DNA from: a bacterium
Lineage (GTDB): Bacteria > SAR324 > NAC60-12
Assembly (NCBI GenBank): GCA_965205865.1
Contig: CBDBHR010000029.1
Span: 128,001-192,000 of the forward strand
Length of the DNA stretch: 64,000 bases
Reading direction: 5' to 3'
The translations under genes were made by a program, and so were the position numbers. Shown here one piece after another: positions 1-12,692 of the stretch (its first letter is position 1; each line of letters begins with the position of its first letter). The notes beneath the pieces are model-generated. The model was not told where the DNA came from, ran no database searches, and saw only the letters and a program-made list of their open reading frames with translations.

Positions 1-139
1 CTACAAAAAAACGGTATGATTCAATGGGATGGATTGGAAATCCGTCTTTCTCCAGGATTTGGTTCACCGTATCTCCCAAATCTTCCAACGTATTCAGCAA
101 GGTTCCGTCAAGGTCAAACAAGACGGCTTTGTACTCCAT
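1..139 (-). CDS. HAD-family hydrolase (phosphoglycolate phosphatase-like), 5' part, runs off window
   Basis: Manual translation from ATG at 139: MEYKAVLFDLDGTLLNTLEDLGDTVN..., containing HAD motif I DxDGT. Confidence 0.85.
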   Translation of the reverse strand, partial: MEYKAVLFDLDGTLLNTLEDLGDTVNQILEKDGFPIHPIESYRFFV

Positions 140-196
140 GTATTCCATTTCAGAATTTAAAGTCCTGTACTAAAACCCAATATTGCCGGAAAAGCT

Positions 197-751
197 TCAT
201 GAGGAGGAAAGCAATTTTTTGATAGCATTTTCAAAACGTATGGCGCGGCCGTCGCCTTCATGTATTTCCCCGGGGCTTTGCAAAAGCACTTCTCCTTTGG
301 GACTGACCAAGTAGAAATTGGGCCAGTACTTGTTGCCCAAGGCTCTCCAATAGGCATAGTCGTTGTCCATCATGATCGGGTGATCCAAACCATAGCGTTC
401 AGCTGCCCGAACCACTCGCTCCCGTTCTTTTTCATATGAAAATTCCGGAGTATGAATTCCGATGACTTGCAACCCTTGATCCTGGTATTTCTTTTTCATT
501 CCATGGACCCATGGAAAACTGCGGATGCAGTTGATTCATATCGAGGTCCAAACTTCGATCAAGACCACCTTGCCTTGTAAATCGGCTTTTTTCAAGGGTG
601 CTGAATTGATCCACATTTCGGGGGAACTCTGTGTAAACTCCGGCATTGTTTTCGCCTGAACCGAGAGGATGTTCAGAAAAAAAAGCAGTGCAAGACCCAG
701 AAGTCCGCTAAAAAAGATTTTCATGCAGGAATAGAGTTTGATGGGTAGCAT
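197..751 (-). CDS. Exported TlpA/DipZ-like thioredoxin-fold redoxin, probable selenoprotein (UxxC)
   Basis: ORFs 536..751 and 197..499 are in the same frame, joined through TGA at 536-538: VLIEVWTSI-U-INCIRSFPWV. Also VIGIHTPEF and WPNFYLV motifs and an N-terminal signal peptide. Confidence 0.85.
499..516 (-). promoter_or_regulatory. Putative bacterial SECIS hairpin
   Basis: UUCCAUG-GGUC-CAUGGAA perfect 7-bp stem with a G-first loop starting about 27 nt after the UGA. Confidence 0.65.
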
Positions 752-931
752 GGCAATTTCCTTTCTTTATTTTATAAATTTATAGGGTGTGATCTGTTAC
801 CAATTCAGACATCCGTAGATAGTCGCAAATCGCCAAATTAGATTATACGCGATCCTCCGAAATAAGCGATCAATTATAAGGAAGGTTGATTTTTTTCAAG
901 ATCAGTAACAGATCCCAACGAAGAGTAATGG

Positions 932-1570
932 TTATCCAACGAGGAAAAAGACAACATCACGGCTGATGCGGCCGATCCAGGAAAGGGGGCTCCAGGTAGG
1001 AAGAGTCACACTGATGAGTAACAATCCTATGATGGCATATGTACCATATTGCATATTCCAGATATTGTATTTACGCCGCGCATCAGGAGGAAGCAGGTAA
1101 GGCAACACATAACTGCCGTCCAGGGGTCCCAGGGGAATGAGGTTGAAGAGACACAAGCTCATGTTGATCAGCATGAATATAAATAGAAACGGTTCCCATT
1201 GGAAAGCCGAGAATCCGGAGGACGAAAATGCGTGCGCCAGGATACCTCCGGCAATCGTCAGCAGTAGGTTCATACCAGGTCCTGCCGCGGCGACATACAG
1301 ATGCGCATATCGGTAACGAAAATTTCGTGGGTCCACAGGCACCGGTTTAGCATAGCCAATGCCAACGAAAAGAAGCATCAAACTCCCAAAAATGTCCAAG
1401 TGAACGAAGGGATTGATACTCATCCGACCTTGCAGCCGGGCGGTGGAGTCGCCGCATAAATAGGCCACATAGGCATGACCGAATTCATGCAGGGTCAAGG
1501 CGAACATCAAGGCAACAATGAGCAAAATACCCAAACGAGGTTCTTGTTGAATGAGATTGATCAGGGACAT
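932..1570 (-). CDS. Site-2 protease (M50) family membrane metalloprotease
   Basis: HEFGH, AAAGP and NLIPLGPLDG motifs; hydrophobic segments. Confidence 0.92.
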   Translation of the reverse strand: MSLINLIQQEPRLGILLIVALMFALTLHEFGHAYVAYLCGDSTARLQGRMSINPFVHLDIFGSLMLLFVGIGYAKPVPVDPRNFRYRYAHLYVAAAGPGMNLLLTIAGGILAHAFSSSGFSAFQWEPFLFIFMLINMSLCLFNLIPLGPLDGSYVLPYLLPPDARRKYNIWNMQYGTYAIIGLLLISVTLPTWSPLSWIGRISRDVVFFLVG

Positions 1571-1583
1571 GGAATCGACTCGC

Positions 1584-3705
<2,122 letters not shown>

Positions 3706-3935
3706 TCAGTTTCAAATTGTGTGAACTGCATGCTCCCCAATACCAGCAAAATTGACTGTATTTGCCGGATCGGGCTTGCTTGAGGACGCATAAAAAGATA
3801 AAACCAAAGGGTCCTTTATGTTTTGAACATGCATGGCATGATACTTTGTCAGTTTGGCATATTTTTTCAGACAACCTCTGCAAGAGTAAGGGGAGTTTCC
3901 ACAAAAATCAATTCCAAATTCTTTTACCAGGCCTT

Positions 3936-4721
3936 ATGACCCCCATTGTCCTTACTCCTTCTCAAAACAATCTCTATATTGTTACGGATTCCCATCTGGA
4001 TCAAGATATGGCTCCCTATCAAGAGTTTATCACCATGTTGTCTTCGCTTGAAAACCCGGGAACCCTGGTCTGTTTGGGGGATTTGTTCAAAGTTTGGCTG
4101 GCTCTTCCTAAGTTCTGGGTCACCATGCATCGGGAGGTTATGGCTGCTTTTGAGTCATTACGTAGCCGGGGAGTGGTGATAATTTTTGTGATAGGTAACC
4201 GGGAAGCGTTGCTTCCCAGAAAATGGAGCGAAGCGTGGGAGAAAAAATTCCCTTTCACCCATTTGATCCACGACGATTGTCAAGTGGAATGGCGAGCCAG
4301 GCGTTATGGTTTCATACATGGAGACACGATCAATCAGCAGGACTTGAAACATTTACGCTGGCGAAAGATTGTTCGCAGTCGGGGATTCGAATGGTTTTTC
4401 CGGGCCATGCCAAGCCCAATGGCCCGCAGGGTGGTGAATCGCCTGGAACAAACTCTGGCCCAATCCAACTACAAATATAAAATTGGATTTCCGCAAAAAG
4501 AAGTAGAAAGTTTTGCAAGAGAGTATTTGGATGAAGTGGACTGGTACTTTGTGGGGCATTTTCATGAGGATCATCAAATTCGTTTTCCTGACAAACGAGG
4601 CAAACTGCGAGTCGTTCCGGATTGGTTGACCAACCGGACTGTCCTGCAAATCAACCCTGCAGGACATATCCTTACCCTCCATTTTCAAAATGGGGCTTTT
4701 CAATACAGGCATAAGGGGTGA
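3936..4721 (+). CDS. Metallophosphoesterase, UDP-2,3-diacylglucosamine hydrolase (LpxH)-like
   Basis: DSH, GDLF, GNRE, HGD and GHFH calcineurin-like motifs. Confidence 0.75.
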   Translation: MTPIVLTPSQNNLYIVTDSHLDQDMAPYQEFITMLSSLENPGTLVCLGDLFKVWLALPKFWVTMHREVMAAFESLRSRGVVIIFVIGNREALLPRKWSEAWEKKFPFTHLIHDDCQVEWRARRYGFIHGDTINQQDLKHLRWRKIVRSRGFEWFFRAMPSPMARRVVNRLEQTLAQSNYKYKIGFPQKEVESFAREYLDEVDWYFVGHFHEDHQIRFPDKRGKLRVVPDWLTNRTVLQINPAGHILTLHFQNGAFQYRHKG

Positions 4722-4939
4722 ATTCCAAGTAAACGCAACTGAAATCCGCTCAGCTTTCTTGGTCTCATTGCCAAATTGAGCAATCCCCCAAATGCCACTG
4801 CCAATAGGAGTGATGCGAAGTAAGAATTCAACCGTGGCGTTTCCAATATTAAAACAATTCTGTTGTCATGTTTCACGTTGGCTGTCGAGTTGGAATTCTC
4901 CTGAATCGTTAACGGCCACTGCGTTGATTAGCGCTGTAT

Positions 4940-7822
4940 TCATGGATTCCAGGATTCCATGGGGGGACAAGCGCAGAACAGATTTCGGTCTCCATAACTT
5001 TCGTCAATGCGTCCGACACTGGGCCAGAATTTGTTGGATGACAAGCTTTTGACGGGAAATGCCGCTTTTTGACGAGAATAGGGATGGCACCAGTCATTGC
5101 GGGCAATCGCCGCACTGGTATGGGGAGCATTTTTGAGGACGTTGTCTCCAGGATCTGACAATCCTCTTTCGATTTCCCGGATTTCCTCTCGGATGCTGAT
5201 CATGGCTTCGCAAAATCGGTCTAATTCTTCTTTGTCCTCACTTTCGGTTGGTTCAATCATCAGGGTTCCTGGTACCGGAAACGAGACCGTTGGCGCATGG
5301 AATCCATAGTCCATCAGACGTTTGGCGACGTCCTGCACTTCGATCTGCGCCGTATTTCTGAAACGACGCATGTCAAAAATCAGTTCATGCGCGACCCGTC
5401 CGTTTTTTCCTTCGAACAACAAGGGGTAATATCCACTGAGACGGTCCTTGACGTAATTGGCGTTCAAAATAGCATAGCGGGAGGCTTCCCGAATTCCCAG
5501 CCGACCGAGCATTTTGATGTAAGCATAGGAAATCAAGAGAATACTGGCACTGCTCCAGGGGGCGGCTGCGATTGCGGAAATAGCTTTTTCCCCTCCCACC
5601 GTGATTAGGGGATGTCCGGGAAGATATGGCATGAGATGCTCTGCAACGCAAATGGGTCCCATCCCTGGACCACCTCCTCCATGGGGAATGCTGAAGGTTT
5701 TGTGCAGATTCAAATGGCAGACGTCAACCCCGATTTTTCCGGGATGGGTCAAACCGACCTGGGCATTGAGATTGGCGCCATCCATATAAATCTGCCCGCC
5801 ATGATGGTGGATGATTTGGCAGATTTCGAGAATCCGTTCTTCGTAGACGCCATGGGTGGAAGGGTAGGTGACCATCAATCCTGCCAACTGTCCCTGACAC
5901 TGCCTTGCTTTTGCTTGGAGGTCATCCACGTCGATGTTTCCCATGTGGTCACAATTCACGACCACCACATCCATTCCGCACATGGCGGCACTGGCAGGGT
6001 TGGTTCCATGCGCAGACGAAGGAATGAGAACAATGTTGCGATGCGATTCTTCCCGGTCCCGATGATAGGCGCGGATGACCAACAAACCCGCGTATTCGCC
6101 CTGTGCCCCGGAATTGGGCTGTAAAGAGATTCCCGGCAAACCCGTGATTTCACAAAGATCGTTTTCCAGTTCCCGAATTATTTCCGCGTATCCTCGGGTT
6201 TGCTCTTCAGGGGCAAAAGGATGGATTCTTGAAAATGCGGGCCAGGTCACCGGGATCATCTCCGTAGTGGCGTTGAGTTTCATGGTGCAGGACCCCAAAG
6301 GAATCATCGAGCCCGTCAAAGAAAGGTCTTTGTTTTCCAAAGACTTTAAGTAACGCAACATCTTGGTTTCAGAACGAAAGCGGTGAAACACGGGATGAGT
6401 TAAAAAATCACTGCGTCGAATCAATGAATCGGGAATCGCCAGGGAATTGTCTTCTCCTCCTTGAGAAAGCGCCTGCTCGTCCCTCATGAAGACAGAAAGA
6501 ATTTTTTGAATATCTTCCGGACTGGTTGTTTCGTCGACACTGATGCCGAGGGTTTTGCCGTCGATTTTTCGAAAATTGATTTCATTGCTCCAAGCCTTGC
6601 TCTCGATTTCATGCAAACTGAGAGGCGCGGAGGAGTCCAATTGGATTTTGAGGGTATCAAAAAAGTATGTGTTCTCCTGCCGGTAGCCGAGTTTCTTCAA
6701 TTCCCCGTTGAGTAATTGAGCGCGGCTGTGAACGGTTTCCGCAATAGCCTTCAAGCCTTGGGGACCGTGGTAGACCCCGTACATACCGGCCATGATGGCA
6801 AGGAGAGCTTGGGCTGTGCAAATATTGGAAGTAGCGCGGTCCCGTTTAATGTGCTGTTCCCGGGTTTGCAAGGACATGCGGTAGGCGGTGTTTTGATGGA
6901 CGTCAATGGAAACACCGATCACCCGGCCCGGAATCTCCCGAGCGTGGGTTTCACGCGTGGCAAAATATGCGGCATGGGGGCCACCAAAGCCCATCGGTAC
7001 ACCGAAACGTTGAGCAGAACCAATGACCACGTCGGCTCCCAACTCTCCGGGAGGCTTCAACAACACCAATCCCAACAGATCCGCGGCAAAAACAACCAGC
7101 AGGTCGCAGGCATGAGCATTTTTAACGAAATCCGAGTAGTCACAAACCAACCCCGTATCTGTCGGGTACTGCACGATGCACCCAAAATAACGATCATCGA
7201 AAACGGCTTGGCGGTGGTCCCCCACGACAATTTCTATATTCAAGGGGTCGGCGCGTGTTTTCATGATGGCGATGCTGGTTTCAAAGCATTCATCTGACAC
7301 AAAAAAAATTTTCTTCTTTGCTCCTCTTTGACGTTTGTTTTTCACACGATAGGCGAGCGTCATGGCTTCGGCAGCTGCTGTTCCCTCATCGAGCAGCGAA
7401 GCATTGGCAATCTCCATTCCCGTGAGGTCCATCACCATAGTCTGGAAATTGAGCAGGGCTTCCAGGCGTCCTTGGGATATTTCCGGCTGGTAAGGAGTGT
7501 ATTGCGTGTACCAGCCCGGGTTTTCCATGATATTGCGTAGAATCACGCTTGGCGTGATGCAATCGTAATATCCCAGACCGAGGTAGGATTTGTAAATTTT
7601 GTTCTTCTCTGAAATTTTCCGCAATTTGTCCAGCAGTTCAAATTCTCCCAAGGCTTCTGAAATGTCGAGTTCCTCTTCCATGCGAATCTGTGAAGGAACC
7701 GTTTCTTCCATCAATTGTTCCAGCGTACGCGCTTTGCACGTTGCCAACATCGCTTTGAGATCGTCGTCTCCAGGTCCAAGATGCCGCCTTTGAAAAAAAT
7801 CGGAATGATATTTCGTTGTCAT
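4940..7822 (-). CDS. gcvP: Glycine dehydrogenase (glycine cleavage P protein)
   Basis: [29 protein letters not shown] and HLNLHKTF (PLP lysine); start placed at MTTKYH. Confidence 0.97.
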   Translation of the reverse strand: MTTKYHSDFFQRRHLGPGDDDLKAMLATCKARTLEQLMEETVPSQIRMEEELDISEALGEFELLDKLRKISEKNKIYKSYLGLGYYDCITPSVILRNIMENPGWYTQYTPYQPEISQGRLEALLNFQTMVMDLTGMEIANASLLDEGTAAAEAMTLAYRVKNKRQRGAKKKIFFVSDECFETSIAIMKTRADPLNIEIVVGDHRQAVFDDRYFGCIVQYPTDTGLVCDYSDFVKNAHACDLLVVFAADLLGLVLLKPPGELGADVVIGSAQRFGVPMGFGGPHAAYFATRETHAREIPGRVIGVSIDVHQNTAYRMSLQTREQHIKRDRATSNICTAQALLAIMAGMYGVYHGPQGLKAIAETVHSRAQLLNGELKKLGYRQENTYFFDTLKIQLDSSAPLSLHEIESKAWSNEINFRKIDGKTLGISVDETTSPEDIQKILSVFMRDEQALSQGGEDNSLAIPDSLIRRSDFLTHPVFHRFRSETKMLRYLKSLENKDLSLTGSMIPLGSCTMKLNATTEMIPVTWPAFSRIHPFAPEEQTRGYAEIIRELENDLCEITGLPGISLQPNSGAQGEYAGLLVIRAYHRDREESHRNIVLIPSSAHGTNPASAAMCGMDVVVVNCDHMGNIDVDDLQAKARQCQGQLAGLMVTYPSTHGVYEERILEICQIIHHHGGQIYMDGANLNAQVGLTHPGKIGVDVCHLNLHKTFSIPHGGGGPGMGPICVAEHLMPYLPGHPLITVGGEKAISAIAAAPWSSASILLISYAYIKMLGRLGIREASRYAILNANYVKDRLSGYYPLLFEGKNGRVAHELIFDMRRFRNTAQIEVQDVAKRLMDYGFHAPTVSFPVPGTLMIEPTESEDKEELDRFCEAMISIREEIREIERGLSDPGDNVLKNAPHTSAAIARNDWCHPYSRQKAAFPVKSLSSNKFWPSVGRIDESYGDRNLFCACPPMESWNP

Positions 7823-7853
7823 AGGATCTTTCTTTCCCCTTACTGAAGAAACG

Positions 7854-8947
7854 TTATACTGCCACAAATGGAGGTTTGACAATAGTTGCCGGGAATAGCC
7901 TGTTTCGGATTTGAATGTTAAGGGTCTCACCAATGTTCGAGTGTTCCAACGGAACATATCCCATGCCAATTCCTTTTCCCAAAGTTGGAGAACTGGTACC
8001 ACTGCTCACTTCTCCCAAAACTTGCTCTCCCCTTGCATCCAGAATGGGATAGTGAGGACGGGGAATGCCCCGCACGTTAAGAATGAAACGGATCAATTTT
8101 TGTTGGATTCCTTCAGATTTTGCTTTCTGCAATGCCTCTTTCCCGAGGAAGTCTTTTTTTGCAAAGCGACGAAACGTCCCAATCCTGCTTCCAGCGGATT
8201 ATGCCGGTCATCAATGTCCTGACCGTAGAGTGGAAAGCAAACTTCCAAACGAAGTGTGTCCCGCGCTCCTAGTCCTGCGGGGAAAATTCCGAATATCAGG
8301 CCATGGAACATCAGAGTGTCCCAGATTTCCTCACTGCTTTGGGGAGGGCAATAAATTTCAAATCCATCTTCTCCGGTATATCCCATGCGCGCCAGTATGA
8401 CAGGATGTCCGTATAAATCGATCTCCCGAAAGCAGTAGTATCGTAAATCTTGCAATGTTTTCTTTGTGATGGATTCCAACACTTGTTGCGCATATTTCCC
8501 TTGGATGGCAATTTGCGCGAATTGAGCGGAGCGGTTTTCGCAGTGCGCCTGACCCTCTAAGTTTGATTGGATCCATTGAAAATCCTTGTCAGTGTTGGAA
8601 GCATTGACACAAAGAAAGTATAGCTCATTTGAAATTCGATATACTGTAACGTCATCGACAAAAGTTCCATTCTCATAAAGCAGCGCCGAATACTGCACTT
8701 CTCCATCGCTTAATCTCGACACGTCATTGCAGGTCAGTCGTTGCAGGTTGCTCAAAGCATCTGTCCCTTCAATGAAAATTTCTCCCATATGACTGACGTC
8801 GAACAAGGAAACCGCATTGCGCGTGTTGTGGTGTTCTGTAATGATGCTCTCATACAGAATGGGCATTTCCCAACCAGCATAATCCACGAACCTGGCCCCT
8901 AATTGGTAGTGAACCTCATTGAGTGGAGTTTTTTTCAGTTCAATCAT
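7854..8947 (-). CDS. gcvT: Aminomethyltransferase (glycine cleavage T protein), frameshifted in an A7 run at 8154-8160
   Basis: [18 protein letters not shown] and [11 protein letters not shown]; the C-terminus (SGTSSPTL...VKPPF) is in the next frame and one extra A restores it. Confidence 0.9.
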
Positions 8948-9199
8948 GGAAGCCCCCTTTTGAGATCGGTTTAATAAAGGCATATGGGATTAGCATATAA
9001 AAAATTGTCCCATTGAATCAAGAGAAATAAAACAATTCAGCAAGAATATTCCCGCAACCCATACTATTCTTGTCCTGCTTTTGGCGCAGTATTCCATTTC
9101 TTATTGCATTGCGACGACGATTTTGTCACATTGGGAGAATCGGTGCTTTGAAGAAGACGCTTGAAAAATCTTAAAATTTACAGGGAAAAGGGAGGAATC

Positions 9200-10230
9200 A
9201 TGAAACTTGGTCTGGCCACAGGGATCGCAGGAGCTAAAGTGCAATTGCCCATTGAAATCATCCGGGAAGCCGAGCAACTCGGTTATTCAATTGTTTGGAC
9301 GGCAGAAGCCTATGGCTCCGATGCGGTCACGCCATTGGCTTGGATCGGTGCGCTCACCCAAAAAATTAAACTAGGCACTGGCATTATGCAAATGCCGGCC
9401 CGCACTCCGGCCAACACGGCAATGACAGCCATGACTCTCGATCAACTTTCCGGGGGAAGATTTGTGCTGGGATTGGGGTTGTCCGGTCCTCAGGTAGTGG
9501 AAGGGTGGCATGGCCAGCCCTATGGCAAACCCATCGGAAAAACACGGGAGTACGTGGAGATTATACGCAGCATCTTCAAACGGGAACAACCCTTAACCCA
9601 TCAAGGGACGCATTACCAGATTCCCTACCATGGAGACAATGCCACTGGATTGGGAAAACCATTGAAGAGCATCTTGCGCGGAAGGGTCGATTTGCCTATC
9701 TATATTGCTGCCATTGGCCCTAAAAATGTTGAGTTGACGGCAGAGATTGCTGATGGATGGCTTCCTGTTTTTTTTCTCCTCGCCATTACAAGACGACTTT
9801 TAAAGAACGAGTGGAATCCGGTTTAGCCAAGGCGGAATATGTTAAAAATTTGGATGACCTTGATATTGTCAGCACGATCTCGGTTGCTTTGCATGATGAT
9901 GTGGGTGAAGCTCGCCGGCAAATCAAACCACAACTGGCCTTGTACATCGGCGGTATGGGTGCGCGAGGCAGAAATTTTTATAACGATTTGGCATGCCGTT
10001 ATGGATACGAAGCAGCAGCAAAACAAATTCAGAATCTCTATCTGGACGGCAAACGCCAGGAAGCCATTGCCGCCGTCCCGGATGAATTTGTGGATGATGT
10101 GGCCTTGTGCGGTCCCAAAGAACGAATTCGGGACCAACTCGCATTGTGGCGTGAAAGTCCTGTCACAACCCTCAATATCGGGATTTCATCACCAGAAACA
10201 CTGCGGGTGATGGCAGAACTGGTTTTGTGA
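9200..10230 (+). CDS. LLM-class (luciferase-like, putative F420-dependent) oxidoreductase, frameshifted in a T8 run at 9768-9775
   Basis: [36 protein letters not shown] and ALYIGGMGA, split over two frames. Confidence 0.85.
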
Positions 10231-10318
10231 GCTACCATATTTATATGCCCCTTCATTGCTAATAATCGGCATGCCCACAACCGGGGGCGTTGCCTTGGAT
10301 TCGTAGATAATGGTTCGT

Positions 10319-10425
10319 TGAGTTATAGCCCGGAAATCGCGTCAACTTTTTTCCGAAAAGAGATCATTATGCAACTTCATGGCAATGCTAAATTAACCAT
10401 AAAACAAAGAGCCGAAGTTCGTCGT
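10319..10425 (+). mobile_element. Possible IS481-family left-end and transposase N-terminal relic
   Basis: ATG at 10369 gives MQLHGNAKLTIKQRAEVRR, resembling IS481 transposase N-termini (HxNAxLT), then resemblance stops. Confidence 0.4.
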
Positions 10426-10569
10426 CCAAAAAACGCAGTCTTGATATTCGTCAGATTCATGCATTAAATAAACGTATCAGTTTATCACCAGTTACATTCT
10501 TATAAAGCAACCTACACAAAACAAGACAATGCGCCGAATCCGGGGACAGCGATTTTTCCTCTTATGCGC

Positions 10570-11541
10570 TTAGCGGTCGAAAGGGGAGAGGATCCGGATC
10601 AGGATGCCTCGTTTGCGTTTCATCTTCGCGGTGCCGTAACTGCCCTCACCGCCCCGTAGCCGCGGATCGAGCAGGTCCCTGAGGGCATCTCCGAACATGT
10701 TGAGGGAGTAGACGACAATCGTCAGGCAAAGCCCCGGCCAGAGCGCCAGCCAGGGGGCCTGCTCCATGTACCGGCGCCCTTCCCGGCTGAGCATGCCTCC
10801 CCAGTCAGGAATGCTGGGTGGCAGACCGTATCCGAGGAAGCCCAGAGAAGCCAAAGACATAATCACCCCCCCGATGTTAATGGAGAAGATAATGATGACA
10901 GGTGCCATAATATTGGGCAGCACATGGTGGTTGAGGATTTTGCTCGTGGGAGTGCCCACAGCCTGGGCTGCCAGAAAATAGTCATTTTCTTTGATACCGA
11001 TAACGGCGCTTCTGATGACTCTGGAGCCGCTGATGCCTCCGGCGATCCCCAGCACCACGATGATCTGGGGAAGACCCTTTCCTACAATGGACATGATGGT
11101 CAGCAAGAGCAGTAGTCCCGGGAAGGCCATCCAGGCATCGACAAAGCGCTGCACCGCCAGATCCAATTTACCACCAAGGAATCCTGAAGTGCCGCCGATC
11201 AGGACAGCGATGACCACATTGAGTACGGTCGCCGCCAGACCGACAAGCACGGAGATACGCGCCCCGATGATCAGGCGGCTGAGTAAGTCTCGTCCCGCCT
11301 GGTCGGTCCCCAGAAGATACTGGGATGATGGGCCCTGAAGCCTGTCTATCAGGTGCATTTCCTTATAGGGATAAGGCGCCAGCACATCGGCAAAGATCGC
11401 GACAAAAATCAAGATCAATACGATAATCCCGCAGAACGTACCCAGGGGCTTTTCCTTGAGCAGCCTGATCAAGAAATCCGCCAGCCGGGAACGTCTCTTT
11501 GGCTCGCTTACTGGTGATGGTATCCCTGTGAGATCACTCAT
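10570..11541 (-). CDS. Peptide/nickel ABC transporter permease (DppC/OppC-like)
   Basis: LLGTDQAGRD, HVLPN and FGDALRDLLDP. Confidence 0.93.
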   Translation of the reverse strand: MSDLTGIPSPVSEPKRRSRLADFLIRLLKEKPLGTFCGIIVLILIFVAIFADVLAPYPYKEMHLIDRLQGPSSQYLLGTDQAGRDLLSRLIIGARISVLVGLAATVLNVVIAVLIGGTSGFLGGKLDLAVQRFVDAWMAFPGLLLLLTIMSIVGKGLPQIIVVLGIAGGISGSRVIRSAVIGIKENDYFLAAQAVGTPTSKILNHHVLPNIMAPVIIIFSINIGGVIMSLASLGFLGYGLPPSIPDWGGMLSREGRRYMEQAPWLALWPGLCLTIVVYSLNMFGDALRDLLDPRLRGGEGSYGTAKMKRKRGILIRILSPFDR

Positions 11542-11626
11542 ATCCCTGATTTTTCTATAATACAGTCCCGGAGGGACTTCTTCTTACATACGAATCTCAA
11601 ACCTATATTTACCCGAAGCATAACGA

Positions 11627-12583
11627 CTATTCATACCGCACCCTCGGGTCCAGATAGGGATAAATCAGGTCGATGAGGAGATTGAGCAGCACCACGCCGG
11701 TGGCAAAAAACAGGTTGACTCCGGAGACCACCGGGTAGTCTCTGTTATTGAGGGCATTCACCAGGAGACGACCGATCCCCGGTAGGTTGAAGATGTTCTC
11801 CATGATCACCGCGCCCCCGACCAGGATCGGCAACTGCAGGCCGATCAGGGTCACCACCGGGATGAGGGCATTTTTGAGGGTGTGTCTGATAATCACGACC
11901 CGCTCCCGGAGCCCCTTGGACCAGGCGGTGCGGATATAGTCCTGCCGGAGCACCTCCAGCATCATGGTGCGCATCATCCGCATGGTGGCAGCCGCCGAGG
12001 CCGTTCCCAGAATCAGGCTGGGAATGAGGAACACCGCCAGGTTCCCCAGCGGATCTTCAGTCAAGGAAACCAGCTCCAGCGGCGGCGCCCAGCCCCACCA
12101 GAGGGCCGGGTAGATCATGACCATGATGCCCAGCCAGAAGTTCGGCGTGGCCAGGCCGATGACGGCGAGGGAGCGCCCCAGGAAGTCGGCGACGGTATCC
12201 TGGCGAATCGCCGAGTAGATGCCAACGGGCAGCGCGATCACCAGCCCGATGAGAATTGCCATCAAACCAAGCTCGAGGGTGACCGGCAGTCTACCTATTA
12301 TCTTCTCCTCGACCGACCAGTGGCCCAACAGTGAATTGCCAAGGGTGCCGTGCAGCAAGATACCTCCCATCCAGCGTCCGTACTGCACCCAGACCGGCAC
12401 GTCCAATCCGAGCCGACGCTCCAGCGCTTCCCGGTCGATGTCACCAGCCAGGTATTGCATGTCGCCCACCATCGCATCTATGACATCGCCCGGGATGAAG
12501 CGGACCGAGAGAAAGACCAGGATGCTCAAGATGAACAGCGTAGGAATGATGAGCAGTAATCTCCTGATGATGTAGGCTCTCAT
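11627..12583 (-). CDS. Peptide/nickel ABC transporter permease (DppB/OppB-like)
   Basis: YIIRRLL, EVLRQDYIRTAWSKGL and YLDPRVR. Confidence 0.93.
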   Translation of the reverse strand: MRAYIIRRLLLIIPTLFILSILVFLSVRFIPGDVIDAMVGDMQYLAGDIDREALERRLGLDVPVWVQYGRWMGGILLHGTLGNSLLGHWSVEEKIIGRLPVTLELGLMAILIGLVIALPVGIYSAIRQDTVADFLGRSLAVIGLATPNFWLGIMVMIYPALWWGWAPPLELVSLTEDPLGNLAVFLIPSLILGTASAAATMRMMRTMMLEVLRQDYIRTAWSKGLRERVVIIRHTLKNALIPVVTLIGLQLPILVGGAVIMENIFNLPGIGRLLVNALNNRDYPVVSGVNLFFATGVVLLNLLIDLIYPYLDPRVRYE

Positions 12584-12692
12584 TCGCTTCTACCAGAAAA
12601 AGATGTGCTGCTAGTTATCAGCTAATCGCTAAAAACCCCTCCCCCCCTGGGGAGGGTGAGAGGGACAAACGAAGCGAGTTTCGAACGTTTGC

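Noticed and set aside
8950-9199. Glycine riboswitch upstream of gcvT
   Set aside because: No recognisable aptamer core on the gcvT strand
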